Shown here piece after piece: positions 38,382-48,049 of a stretch of 57,235 bases of DNA. The notes under the pieces were generated by a model. That model saw nothing but the letters and a program-made list of their open reading frames with translations, did no database searches and had not been told where the DNA came from. Made by a program: the position numbers and the translations under genes. Positions within the stretch are counted from its first letter, which is position 1; each line of letters begins with the position of its first letter. This DNA comes from Salinivirgaceae bacterium (GTDB lineage: Bacteria > Bacteroidota > Bacteroidia > Bacteroidales > Salinivirgaceae). Where the stretch lies: assembly GCA_002869335.1 (NCBI GenBank), contig PKTE01000057.1, positions 1 to 57,235 on the forward strand. Direction: 5' to 3'.

Positions 38382-41048
38382 ATGTTGAAGCGTAAAATCC
38401 TCAAAATATCAATTATGGCAGCTCTCATAGCAGGGCTGCTATTTTCTTGTTCTACTAAGAAGAACACTCCAATTAATCGGGCTTATCACAATCTAACCTC
38501 CTACTACAATGCATTATATAATGCAAAAGATGCATTTAAAACAGGACAAAAAAGATTAATGGATCAGCCCGGAGATAATTACGCACAAATGCTTAACATT
38601 TTCTATTACAGCAATGATAAATCTGCAATGGTTGTTTCCGGCGAAATGAATCGCGTAAAAGAAAAGGCCAGTAAAGTTATTAAGCGACACTCCATTACAG
38701 TAAAACCCAAAAAACGCAAAAAAAACAAACCAGAATTTAACGACCTCCCTGAATACACAAAATTTGTTGACGATGCCTTTTTATACAAAGGAATAGCAGA
38801 ATTATACTCAGGAGAGTATTTTCCAGCACTCGAAACATTTAACTACATAATACAAAAATATTCGATGATGGAAAGCAAATATGACGGACAACTATGGTTG
38901 GCTCGCACATATTTGGAAATGGAAAAATTCGAAAAGGCAAAAGAATTTCTGGATCTTATGGAAGGAGACAACAACTTTCCAGATAGGTTAAAGAAAGATT
39001 ACTACCTAACCTTTGCTGATTACTTCAAAAAACAATATCAATTTGAGCAAGCAGCAGAATATTTAGTGAAAGCCATTCCTCTCACAAAAAATAAAGCTAG
39101 AAAATACCGTTATCATTACATTTTAGCTCAAATATACCAGGAGCTTGAAATGAACGACAATGCTAATGAAAATTACGCTCTTGTTATGAAAAAGAATCCC
39201 ATCTACGAAATGGTATTCAATGCAAGAATTAACATGGCTATGCTTTACAGATCCACACAAGGGTCACCAGAAGAGCTTCAGAGAGAGCTTATGAAAATGC
39301 TCAAGGATGATAAAAACAAAGAATACCAAGATCAAATATACTTTGCACTGGCATCCATAGAGGAGAATAAAGGAAATATTGAAAAAGCGATCGAGCTTTA
39401 CTCTAAATCAGCAGCAGTTTCTATACAAAACAATTATCAAAAAACAGAATCCTATTTAGCTGTAGCCCGCATATATTTTGCTCAACCAAAATATCAAGAA
39501 GCACAGATTTATTATGATAGTGCTGTTACATTTATTGATAAAAAGCGACGAGATTTCGAAGAGATTTATCGTACATCGACAAACCTAAACGAGCTGGTTA
39601 AACAAATTAAAATAATTGAACTTCAAGACAGCCTGCAGCGCGTAGCGGCCATGTCTGACAATCAGCGCCTTGCACTAATCGACCAAATTATTGCTGATTT
39701 AATTGAGGAAGAAAAGAGAGTTCAGGAAGAAGAACAAATGAAGCGCCTGGCCATGCAAAACCAACGCTCAAATAATCAGCGAGTAAATACGGGTGGCGGA
39801 TTTTACTTTTACAACCCAACTACAGTAAGCATGGGAGAAAGTGCTTTTAAACAAAAATGGGGTAATCGTAAATTAGAAGACCATTGGAGAAGAAGTGATA
39901 AAGCAGAAGTATCAATGGGCGAAATTGCAGAAAACGAAGAAGGAGTTGACTCCACAAGAGTAACCGACAACAAAAAGCGTGAATACTATTTGCAGGATTT
40001 ACCATTGACAGACTCAGCCATACACGTTTCAGATTCACTTATACAATATGCTTATTATGAGTTGGCTAATGTATATCGAATAAAAATGGAAAACCTGGAA
40101 GAGTCCGCTAAAACATATGAAGAACTGATGACGCGCTTCCCATCATTCCAAAAGAAACTTCATGTTTATTATAACCTGCATAAAATCTATGAAGGGTTAA
40201 ATGACCAAGTAAACTCTCAAAAATACAGAAACCTTGTCATTACACTCTTCCCCAACTCTCTGTATGCACAGTTAATGACTAACCCGGAATACATCAAAAA
40301 GCTACAACGACAAGAGCAACAAGCAAAATTCTTTTATGCAACAACATACCGTCTGTTTAAAACCGGTAAATATCAGGAAGTTATCAATAATTTCCGCAGA
40401 GCAGACACTGCTTATGCTGAAAATGAGCTACATTCAAAATTTGCACTATTAAATACAATTTCGCGCGGAAGATTAGCTGATTCAGCAACGTTTGTCGCCT
40501 ATTTGAAAGAGTATATTGAAAAATATCCTCAGGCAGATGAATTAGCCTATGCCAAAGACCTCCTTAGGTACATGTCATCTGAAAAAGAATTGCCACAAGG
40601 CGTGGAAAAAAAGAAAGAAGAAAATATTGCTGACCAGGTTAATGAAGAAGTTAAAGTTGATTACACATTTGAAGAAAAAGTTCCGCATTACTATATTTCT
40701 GTTATTGATACCAGAAAAACAAGTGCCAATCAAGTCAAATTTAACCTTTCCAATTTCAATATTGATTATTATAGTATCCTCACCTTTAACGTAAAAGATT
40801 TTGTATTCACTGCTAACTATCAGATGATTAGTGTTGAGCCATTTACCGCCTGGTACAACGCTATGAACTACTTTGAATCTGTTGAATACATCAAGGAAGT
40901 ATACGAAGGCATTCCTAAACAGAACTACATTCACTTCGTAATTTCAGAAAACAATTACAAATTGCTATTTGAAACAAAGGCAATTAACCAGTATTTGAAA
41001 TTCTTTGATGAAAATTATTTGAAAAGAAGAGCAGAAGAAGAAGATTAA
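38382..41048 (+). CDS. sprE: T9SS TPR lipoprotein SprE/PorW
   Basis: ATG at 38382, lipobox LLFSC-STKKNT, RAYHNLTSYYN, TPRs, QDSLQRVA, FYFYN...FKQKWGNRKLEDHWRRS. Confidence 0.82.
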   Translation: MLKRKILKISIMAALIAGLLFSCSTKKNTPINRAYHNLTSYYNALYNAKDAFKTGQKRLMDQPGDNYAQMLNIFYYSNDKSAMVVSGEMNRVKEKASKVIKRHSITVKPKKRKKNKPEFNDLPEYTKFVDDAFLYKGIAELYSGEYFPALETFNYIIQKYSMMESKYDGQLWLARTYLEMEKFEKAKEFLDLMEGDNNFPDRLKKDYYLTFADYFKKQYQFEQAAEYLVKAIPLTKNKARKYRYHYILAQIYQELEMNDNANENYALVMKKNPIYEMVFNARINMAMLYRSTQGSPEELQRELMKMLKDDKNKEYQDQIYFALASIEENKGNIEKAIELYSKSAAVSIQNNYQKTESYLAVARIYFAQPKYQEAQIYYDSAVTFIDKKRRDFEEIYRTSTNLNELVKQIKIIELQDSLQRVAAMSDNQRLALIDQIIADLIEEEKRVQEEEQMKRLAMQNQRSNNQRVNTGGGFYFYNPTTVSMGESAFKQKWGNRKLEDHWRRSDKAEVSMGEIAENEEGVDSTRVTDNKKREYYLQDLPLTDSAIHVSDSLIQYAYYELANVYRIKMENLEESAKTYEELMTRFPSFQKKLHVYYNLHKIYEGLNDQVNSQKYRNLVITLFPNSLYAQLMTNPEYIKKLQRQEQQAKFFYATTYRLFKTGKYQEVINNFRRADTAYAENELHSKFALLNTISRGRLADSATFVAYLKEYIEKYPQADELAYAKDLLRYMSSEKELPQGVEKKKEENIADQVNEEVKVDYTFEEKVPHYYISVIDTRKTSANQVKFNLSNFNIDYYSILTFNVKDFVFTANYQMISVEPFTAWYNAMNYFESVEYIKEVYEGIPKQNYIHFVISENNYKLLFETKAINQYLKFFDENYLKRRAEEED

Positions 41049-41125
41049 CAGCAATAAAGCAAACCTTAATTTAGTTTGTTATACATAGTAAGTATTGCAG
41101 ATTTATTCATTTAAAAACCTTTACC

Positions 41126-42676
41126 ATGCGTACAATTAAAATCCTATGGGTAGATGACGAAATTGATTTATTAAAACCACACATATTATTTCTTGAAAAG
41201 AAGGGTTACGAAGTAGAAACAGCGAACAACGGCGAAGATGGAATTTCTATGTACAAAGAGTACAGATATGACATAGTCTTTTTGGATGAGAATATGCCGG
41301 GTATATCTGGTCTTGAAGCGCTTCAGCAAATGAAAGAAATCAAAAGCGAAGTTCCCATCGTAATGATTACCAAAAGCGAAGAAGAGCAAATTATGGAGGA
41401 GGCCATCGGAAGCAAAATCCAGGATTACCTTATAAAACCGGTTAATCCAAACCAAATATTGTTGTCCCTCAAAAAAAACATTGACCACAGTAGATTAGTA
41501 AGCGAAAAAACAACCAGTTCATATCAGCGCACTTTTAGTCAAATTGGAATGCAGATAAATGATTGTCAGACCTTTGATGACTGGGTACAGGTTTATAAAA
41601 AACTGGTTTACTGGGAAACAGAACTTCAGTCGGACGGCGTTGAAGGAATGCATGAAGTTTTGCAAATGCAAAAATCAACTGCTAACACTGAGTTTTTTAA
41701 ATTTGTAAGATCTAATTATCAAAGCTGGTTTCAGGGAGAAGGCGACAGGCCACTTATGATTCATCAGATTTTGAAAAAGAAAATATTACCTGAAGCAGAC
41801 AAGCAAAAGACGATGCTTATTGTTATTGACAACCTGCGACTGGATCAATATTGGATGCTTAAACCCCACTTCTCAAACTTATTTGAAATTGAAAATGAGG
41901 AGGTTTTTAGCAGTATTTTACCAACCGCAACCCAATATGCCCGTAATTCTTTATTTGCAGGGTTAATGCCTAGTGAAATTGAAAAACTATACCCGGACTT
42001 ATGGCTTAATGATGAAGAAGAGGGAGGTAAAAACATGCACGAAGAGGAGCTGCTGGGTCATGCATTAAAGCGCTTCGGCAAGCAATACCGATGGATCTAC
42101 AAAAAAGTACTTAGTCAGAGCCAGGGGCAAAAAATCATTGACAATATTGACCAAATCCTTGAAAACCAACTATCTGTTCTCGTCTATAATTTTGTAGATA
42201 TGTTATCGCATGCACGCACAGAAATGGATATGATAAAAGAGTTAGCAAGAGATGAAGCGGCATATAGATCGTTGACCAATTCATGGTTTGAGCACTCTAA
42301 CCTGTATGAAGTGCTAAAGGCCACTAGCGAAAAAGGAATAAAAGTGATTATTACCACAGATCATGGATCAGTAAGAATCAACAATCCTGTGAAAGTGATT
42401 GGCGACAGAAAAACCACAACAAACCTAAGGTACAAGCATGGTAAAAACCTGAACTACAACCCTAAAGAAGTATATGAAGTAAAACACCCAAAAGATGTAT
42501 TTCTACCTACACCACACATAAGTTCAAAGTTTATATTTGCCAAGGAACAAGACTTTTTAGCCTATCCGAATAACTATAACCATTACGTTAAGTATTACAA
42601 AGACACGTTTCAACATGGTGGTATTTCAATGGAAGAACTTTTAATACCTTTTGCTGTTTTAAAGCCCAAATCTTGA
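41126..42676 (+). CDS. porX: Response regulator with PglZ/alkaline-phosphatase-like domain, PorX
   Basis: LWVDDEIDLLKPH, FLDENMPG, ILPTATQYARN, TTDHG, FQHGGISMEE. Followed by tsaE. Confidence 0.93.
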   Translation: MRTIKILWVDDEIDLLKPHILFLEKKGYEVETANNGEDGISMYKEYRYDIVFLDENMPGISGLEALQQMKEIKSEVPIVMITKSEEEQIMEEAIGSKIQDYLIKPVNPNQILLSLKKNIDHSRLVSEKTTSSYQRTFSQIGMQINDCQTFDDWVQVYKKLVYWETELQSDGVEGMHEVLQMQKSTANTEFFKFVRSNYQSWFQGEGDRPLMIHQILKKKILPEADKQKTMLIVIDNLRLDQYWMLKPHFSNLFEIENEEVFSSILPTATQYARNSLFAGLMPSEIEKLYPDLWLNDEEEGGKNMHEEELLGHALKRFGKQYRWIYKKVLSQSQGQKIIDNIDQILENQLSVLVYNFVDMLSHARTEMDMIKELARDEAAYRSLTNSWFEHSNLYEVLKATSEKGIKVIITTDHGSVRINNPVKVIGDRKTTTNLRYKHGKNLNYNPKEVYEVKHPKDVFLPTPHISSKFIFAKEQDFLAYPNNYNHYVKYYKDTFQHGGISMEELLIPFAVLKPKS

Positions 42677-42677
42677 T

Positions 42678-42685
42678 TATTTTTG
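42678..42685 (+). promoter_or_regulatory. -7 promoter box TATTTTTG immediately before tsaE (near-leaderless)
   Basis: TATTTTTG-cacc-ATG in the 13-bp porX-tsaE gap. Confidence 0.55.
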
Positions 42686-42689
42686 CACC

Positions 42690-43115
42690 ATGCATAAAAC
42701 TTTTGAAATAGATAATATTCAAGGCCTTAAAACACTAGCCGAAGAATTGCTAAAAGAAAAAGGTCCAAACATCTGGGCCTTTTATGGCGAAATGGGTGCC
42801 GGGAAGACAACCCTGATTAAGAATATTTGTGAAGTATTACATGTTGATCAACAAGTAACCAGTCCTACATTTAATCTCATTAATGAGTATGAAAGCGCGG
42901 ATAACGAGCTGGTTTACCATTTCGACTTTTACCGCCTTAATGATATTGAAGAAGCATTAAACATAGGAACCATGGAGTATTTCGACAGCGAAAACCTCTG
43001 TTTAATGGAATGGCCAGAGAAAATTGAAACTTTATTGCCAGAAATACGAAGAAACATTTATATTCAAATTTTAAGCAATACGCAAAGAATTATAAAAGTA
43101 GAAGATCATGTCTGA
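42690..43115 (+). CDS. tsaE: tRNA threonylcarbamoyladenosine biosynthesis ATPase TsaE
   Basis: GEMGAGKTT, VTSPTF, YHFDFYRL, EWPE. Confidence 0.96.
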   Translation: MHKTFEIDNIQGLKTLAEELLKEKGPNIWAFYGEMGAGKTTLIKNICEVLHVDQQVTSPTFNLINEYESADNELVYHFDFYRLNDIEEALNIGTMEYFDSENLCLMEWPEKIETLLPEIRRNIYIQILSNTQRIIKVEDHV

Positions 43116-43509
43116 AGAACCACGCAGGCCATTTAGCGAATTATTAGAAGAACTTGTGTCGCTTTATAAAAAGCTCCGCCAGGATGAAAACTTTAAGCAC
43201 CCTGACATTGAAGTAAATGGCGATGTGGATTTTTTATTGAACCACTTTGATAGTATTAAAAACAGCCTTGATAACGAAACATTTGAGCAGTTTGGAGAAC
43301 CTGTACGCGATTTATTAGAAAACTTATTATCTGAATTGAAAAAAGAAGTTTCGCAAAAACCCGACAAAGAGGACATAACATCTAAGGAGAATATTACGCC
43401 TCAAAAAAGCGAACTGGAAATAATTGATGAGAAACTTAAACAAGGTGGACTTTCAATGAATGAGATTAATATTTTATTGGATAGAAGAGCTCAACTACAA
43501 AATAATTAA
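43108..43509 (+). CDS. Hypothetical acidic helical protein
   Basis: 133-aa ORF overlapping the tsaE stop. No motif recognised. Confidence 0.6.
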   Translation: MSEEPRRPFSELLEELVSLYKKLRQDENFKHPDIEVNGDVDFLLNHFDSIKNSLDNETFEQFGEPVRDLLENLLSELKKEVSQKPDKEDITSKENITPQKSELEIIDEKLKQGGLSMNEINILLDRRAQLQNN

Positions 43510-43563
43510 ATCCGCTCCACAAGTTCCTTGTCGCCCCTCCTCATATTTATATTTTCTAAATAT

Positions 43564-43667
43564 TTCAAGAATTTAGCCTCCTTTTGTCAAGATTTTCTTA
43601 AATGTTGACTTTTCGATAACATTATTTCTATATTTGACAGAATTAACTAACCTATAAATTTTCTGCT
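43564..43667 (+). promoter_or_regulatory. Duplicated 104-bp promoter/leader, copy 1 (TATATTTG at 43629-43636)
   Basis: 93/104 identical without gaps to 45841-45944 (hand count). Confidence 0.85.
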
Positions 43668-45659
43668 ATGAAAAAAAGTTTTTTACTTTCTCTAATTGCC
43701 TTTTCTTTCCTTTTTTTGGGAAATATAAATGTAGCGAGTGCGCAATGCGATATCGTTATCGATATGGCAGACAGCTACGGTGATGGCTGGAATGGAGCAT
43801 CTGTTAAAGTGTATGACGGAACGACTCTGTTAGGCACAGCTACTATTTCAAGTGGATCTTCTGGCACAGCAACTATTTCTGCTCCCGATATGACTGAAAT
43901 TAGCCTGGTATGGACCGCTGGTTCATATCCGGAAGAGTGCTCGTTTACTGTTACAAATGGTATTGGTATAGAAGTTTATGAGTGTTTACCATTGGGATTT
44001 CCAGATCCAGGAGAATTTTTTGTTTTTACAAATGTCTGTTCTTCTGCCGGAATTGATTTAAATCTAACATTATTTGATATAGCACCTAAGGTGGCTGAAG
44101 GTGATGTTGAAATTAAAGGTACTGTTCGCAGTGAAAGAGACACCCCTATTACATCTTTCGAAGCTATCTATACAATTGATGGTATTGCAGGTGATGTTGC
44201 CACTTTTGATGGATTGAATATTGGCTTTAATGAAAGTTACAGTTTTTCTCATCCCGCAATGGCAAACATTGCTGTAGGAGAGCACAACTTAGAATTAATA
44301 ATCCAAAACATAAATGGTGCTGGCGAAGATGATTTTCCAACTAATGACACACAAACAGCAAACATTCTTTGTGTCAACGAAATCTTTGTTAAAAACGTAG
44401 TCTATGAAGAAGGTACCGGCACATGGTGTGGGTGGTGTCCTCGTGGTTTAGTTGGCTTAAACACAATGGGTCATAACTATACTGATGGAACATGGATCGG
44501 CATTGGAGTCCACAACAGTGATCCAATGACCGTAACCGAGTATGACAATGGTATTGGGGGCTTTATTAGTGGTTATCCAAGTGGGGTAATGAATAGAGAA
44601 AACGTATTTGATCCTGGACTTTCAAGTTTAGAACCCGCGTATTTAGCTGCAAAAGCAGAAATTCCATTGGCTAAAATTGCCGTTTCTTCAAGAATCTGGG
44701 ATTCCGAAACGAGAGAAATAACAGTGGACGCTACAACTAATTTTGCCATGGATTTAACCGGGACCTCATACAACGTAGCTATGGTAATTGTAGAAAGCAA
44801 AGTTAAAGGAACAACATCTCAATGGAATCAGGCTAATTATTATTCCGGGGGAAATTATGGTGACCTTATTGATTCGGACGGAACAAATTGGGCTCAATTA
44901 GCCAACCCTGTTCCTGCTGCCGATATGATTTACAATCATGTAGGCAGAGTATTAGTTGGTGGATGTGACGGCATTTCCGGAGTTATTCCCGCAGATGTTG
45001 TTTATGGAACGCCATATTCTTATGAGTTTAATCATACTTTGGCCGATGGATTTAACCCCGATAATGTAGATTTAGTTATTTTATTAATTGACGCTAATAC
45101 CGGGGTTATTACCAATGCCTCTCAGGTTGAACTAGTTGGCGGAGAAGTATTATCAACAGATTTTTCTGCAGATGTTGTGACTGGAACTGCTCCTCTTGAA
45201 GTAAATTTCACTGATGAAACTACAGGTGGTACTATTGCTTCATGGTCTTGGGACTTTAACAATGATAGTATTGAAAATTCAAATGAACAAAACCCTACAT
45301 ATACTTTCACGGAAGAAGGAAGTTACACTGTTTCTCTTACTGTAACAAATGAAAACGACGATAGCTTTACAGTTACCAAACAAGCATTTATTAATGTGGA
45401 TGGAGTAGGTATTTCAGAACAGGATGCTTCTGATTTCATTTGCTACCCAAATCCAGCCAATAGTCTATTTAACATTCAAAGTGAAGAATTATTAAGCAGC
45501 ATTAGAATGTACAATATTGGAGGACAATTGATTTATGAAGATTTATCATGTAAAACTAAACTTCAGTCGATTGACATTTCTTCTTTTGATAAAGGTGTTT
45601 ATTTTGTAGAATTACGCTCTGAGCTTAATGCTTCAACAATTAAACTAATTATTGAATAA
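43668..45659 (+). CDS. T9SS-secreted protein with Omp28-like (CxxC) domain, PKD domain and type A CTD
   Basis: Signal peptide, DSYGDGWNG, EEGTGTWCGWCPRG, YNHVGR, PKD (APLEVNFTD...WSWDF...NPTYTF), CYPNPA...KGVYFV...KLIIE. Confidence 0.85.
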   Translation: MKKSFLLSLIAFSFLFLGNINVASAQCDIVIDMADSYGDGWNGASVKVYDGTTLLGTATISSGSSGTATISAPDMTEISLVWTAGSYPEECSFTVTNGIGIEVYECLPLGFPDPGEFFVFTNVCSSAGIDLNLTLFDIAPKVAEGDVEIKGTVRSERDTPITSFEAIYTIDGIAGDVATFDGLNIGFNESYSFSHPAMANIAVGEHNLELIIQNINGAGEDDFPTNDTQTANILCVNEIFVKNVVYEEGTGTWCGWCPRGLVGLNTMGHNYTDGTWIGIGVHNSDPMTVTEYDNGIGGFISGYPSGVMNRENVFDPGLSSLEPAYLAAKAEIPLAKIAVSSRIWDSETREITVDATTNFAMDLTGTSYNVAMVIVESKVKGTTSQWNQANYYSGGNYGDLIDSDGTNWAQLANPVPAADMIYNHVGRVLVGGCDGISGVIPADVVYGTPYSYEFNHTLADGFNPDNVDLVILLIDANTGVITNASQVELVGGEVLSTDFSADVVTGTAPLEVNFTDETTGGTIASWSWDFNNDSIENSNEQNPTYTFTEEGSYTVSLTVTNENDDSFTVTKQAFINVDGVGISEQDASDFICYPNPANSLFNIQSEELLSSIRMYNIGGQLIYEDLSCKTKLQSIDISSFDKGVYFVELRSELNASTIKLIIE

Positions 45660-45678
45660 TACTTATTTAAATAAACTC

Positions 45679-45712
45679 AACCTGCTAAAGAAAGTCTTTA
45701 GCAGGTTTTTTT
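45679..45712 (+). terminator. Intrinsic terminator
   Basis: aacctgctaaaga / tctttagcaggtt perfect stem plus T-tract. Confidence 0.9.
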
Positions 45713-45840
45713 ATGCTTAATTCAATTATCCAAAAAACAGACATTAGAAAAACTAGAAAGACTCAACCCATAACCATTATGTGTTTTGTGTATATCCATT
45801 AAACACCCCCCAATCGCTGGTGTTTGTTTTTTCCAATCCA

Positions 45841-45944
45841 TTCAAGAATTTAGCCTCCTTTTATCAATATTTTCTGAATTATTGACTTTTCGATAACATT
45901 TTTTCTATATTTGGTATAATTTTCTAACCTATAAATTTTCTGCT
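45841..45944 (+). promoter_or_regulatory. Duplicated 104-bp promoter/leader, copy 2 (TATATTTG at 45906-45913)
   Basis: 93/104 identical to 43564-43667. Confidence 0.85.
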
Positions 45945-47942
45945 ATGAAAAACTTCTTTACTATTTTAGGGTTATTTATAACCATTTCTCTATTTTCTCA
46001 AAAAGGAATAATCATTACTGAAGATTTCTCTTCAGGCGAGTTCCCTCCAGCTGGTTGGGTTATAGACGGACATGCCGACAACTGGAGCGTTAGGGCTACC
46101 AACAATGCAGAAGGTGTTGCACCTGAAGCTCGTTTTTCCTGGAGCCCACAATTTGACAGTACTTCCCGGGTTATTTCTCCAATTATCGATGCTACAAACA
46201 TTACTAATCTAAGAATTGCCTTTAAGCACATGCTTGACAATTATGGAGGTGCTTATACCGTTGGTCTAGCTACCACTTCTGATGGCACAACATGGAATAC
46301 AGTCTGGTCAACCGGTGACGTGAATGCTACTGAAGCCATTGATGTAAACATCACTAACGACTTAGGTTCAGCTAACTTCCAATTTTGTTTCTTCTTCAGT
46401 GGAAATAGCTTTAACCTTGACTATTGGTATATTGATGACATCATGGTTTATTCTCCTGAGCAAGTTGATGCGTTAGCTGCATCTATTAACATAAACTCTT
46501 ATTTTGCGCAGGGAGACCTAACAATAAACGCATCTTTAACAAACCTTGGATTAGATGAAATAACATCATTTGATGCAACCTATCAGGTTAACGATGGAAC
46601 TCCGGTAACAGAAACATTCAGTGGTGTTTCAATTGCAACAGGTGCATCATTAAGCATTGACTTTGCACAAGCTTTTGCAGCCACTGCAGGAGATCATAAT
46701 ATTAAAGTTTGGTTTAACAATATCAATGGAAATGGAGACGACGACAACACATTAAACGACTCTGTATCAAAAGAAATACACGTTGCCTCCCAAACAACAA
46801 CAAACTTCCCTCTATTTGAAGAATTTACAAGCTCAACTTGTGCGCCTTGTGCTTCATTTAACAGCAGTACATTCACACCATTCCTTCGTGACCACGAAGG
46901 TGAATTAGCAATTATAAAATATCAAATGAGTTGGCCTGGTGATGGTGATCCATATTACACAGAAGAAGGTGGTGTAAGAAGAGTATTCTATGGTGTAAGT
47001 GCCGTTCCTCAGCTATATATTGGAGGAAGTAATGTTTCAACTAGTGGTAGTGCAATTAATGCTGCCTTTGATGCTCAAAATGCAAAAGAATCATTTGTTT
47101 TATTACAAGCCAGCCACTGGGTTGACACAGTAAATAGTAAAATCGGTTTAGTAGCTTATGTGATACCATTTTTCAATGGTTCCGATTTTGTTTTGCATGC
47201 TGTTGTCTCTGAGAAAAAAACAGTTGAAAATGTAGCTACAAATGGTGAAACAGAATTCCATCACGTTATGATGAAAATGCTTCCTAATGCTGAAGGAACA
47301 CCATTAAATCTTGAAACAGAAGTAACACAAACCATTGCATTTACAGATATTGATCTTTCAGGAACAAATGTTGAAGAAATGTCTGACCTTGAGGTGGTTG
47401 TATTTGTTCAAAACACAACTTCAAAAGAAGTTTTCCAATCAACCATTTCTACAGAAGCAACTCAAACATATTTCTCTGCCATGTTTAATGTCGCTGATGA
47501 TGGAACTCCTATCGAAGGAGCAACCGTTACTGTTGACGACTCAGAATTAATGACAGACAGTGTGGGACATGCTAAATTCTCATTGCCAAATGGAGATTAT
47601 TCATATACAATTGCAGCTGACGGATACAATAATAGTAATGGAACATTTACTGTAGACGGAGATGCTATTACAATGGATATCAACCTAAATCCTGTTGGTA
47701 TAAATGGAGTATCATCTACAATTAGAGTATATCCTATTCCAGCAAAAAATAGCGTTGTTGTACAAGGAATCAAATCTAACATCCACATCTATAATTTATC
47801 AGGAATGTTGGTTAAAGCAGTTCCAACAAGTGGTGGAAACAGCACTGTTGTTGATGTGTCAGATTTGGCAGCAGGAACATACTTTGTAAGATCTTCAGAT
47901 AACACAAACGTAGGAACACAAAAACTAATTATTGTAAGATAA
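45945..47942 (+). CDS. T9SS-secreted protein with Omp28-like (CxxC) domain and type A CTD
   Basis: Signal peptide, EDFSSGEFPPAGW, EEFTSSTCAPCA, KYQMSWPGDGDPYY, FHHVMMKMLP, VYPIPA...AGTYFV...KLIIVR. Confidence 0.85.
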   Translation: MKNFFTILGLFITISLFSQKGIIITEDFSSGEFPPAGWVIDGHADNWSVRATNNAEGVAPEARFSWSPQFDSTSRVISPIIDATNITNLRIAFKHMLDNYGGAYTVGLATTSDGTTWNTVWSTGDVNATEAIDVNITNDLGSANFQFCFFFSGNSFNLDYWYIDDIMVYSPEQVDALAASININSYFAQGDLTINASLTNLGLDEITSFDATYQVNDGTPVTETFSGVSIATGASLSIDFAQAFAATAGDHNIKVWFNNINGNGDDDNTLNDSVSKEIHVASQTTTNFPLFEEFTSSTCAPCASFNSSTFTPFLRDHEGELAIIKYQMSWPGDGDPYYTEEGGVRRVFYGVSAVPQLYIGGSNVSTSGSAINAAFDAQNAKESFVLLQASHWVDTVNSKIGLVAYVIPFFNGSDFVLHAVVSEKKTVENVATNGETEFHHVMMKMLPNAEGTPLNLETEVTQTIAFTDIDLSGTNVEEMSDLEVVVFVQNTTSKEVFQSTISTEATQTYFSAMFNVADDGTPIEGATVTVDDSELMTDSVGHAKFSLPNGDYSYTIAADGYNNSNGTFTVDGDAITMDINLNPVGINGVSSTIRVYPIPAKNSVVVQGIKSNIHIYNLSGMLVKAVPTSGGNSTVVDVSDLAAGTYFVRSSDNTNVGTQKLIIVR

Positions 47943-47962
47943 TTAATGCAAATTAAGATATG

Positions 47963-47993
47963 AAACAGCGATCTTTAGGGTCGCTGTTTTTTT
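47963..47993 (+). terminator. Intrinsic terminator between convergent genes
   Basis: aaacagcga...tcgctgttt stem plus T-tract. Confidence 0.85.
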
Positions 47994-48049
47994 ATACAAA
48001 TAGTTTGTAGAATACTTAAAATGAACTCTTTAATAAAATAGAATATAGA

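Noticed and set aside
34599-43115. PSP1-gldH and porX-tsaE linkage as a novel system
   Set aside because: These adjacencies are familiar conserved Bacteroidota synteny.
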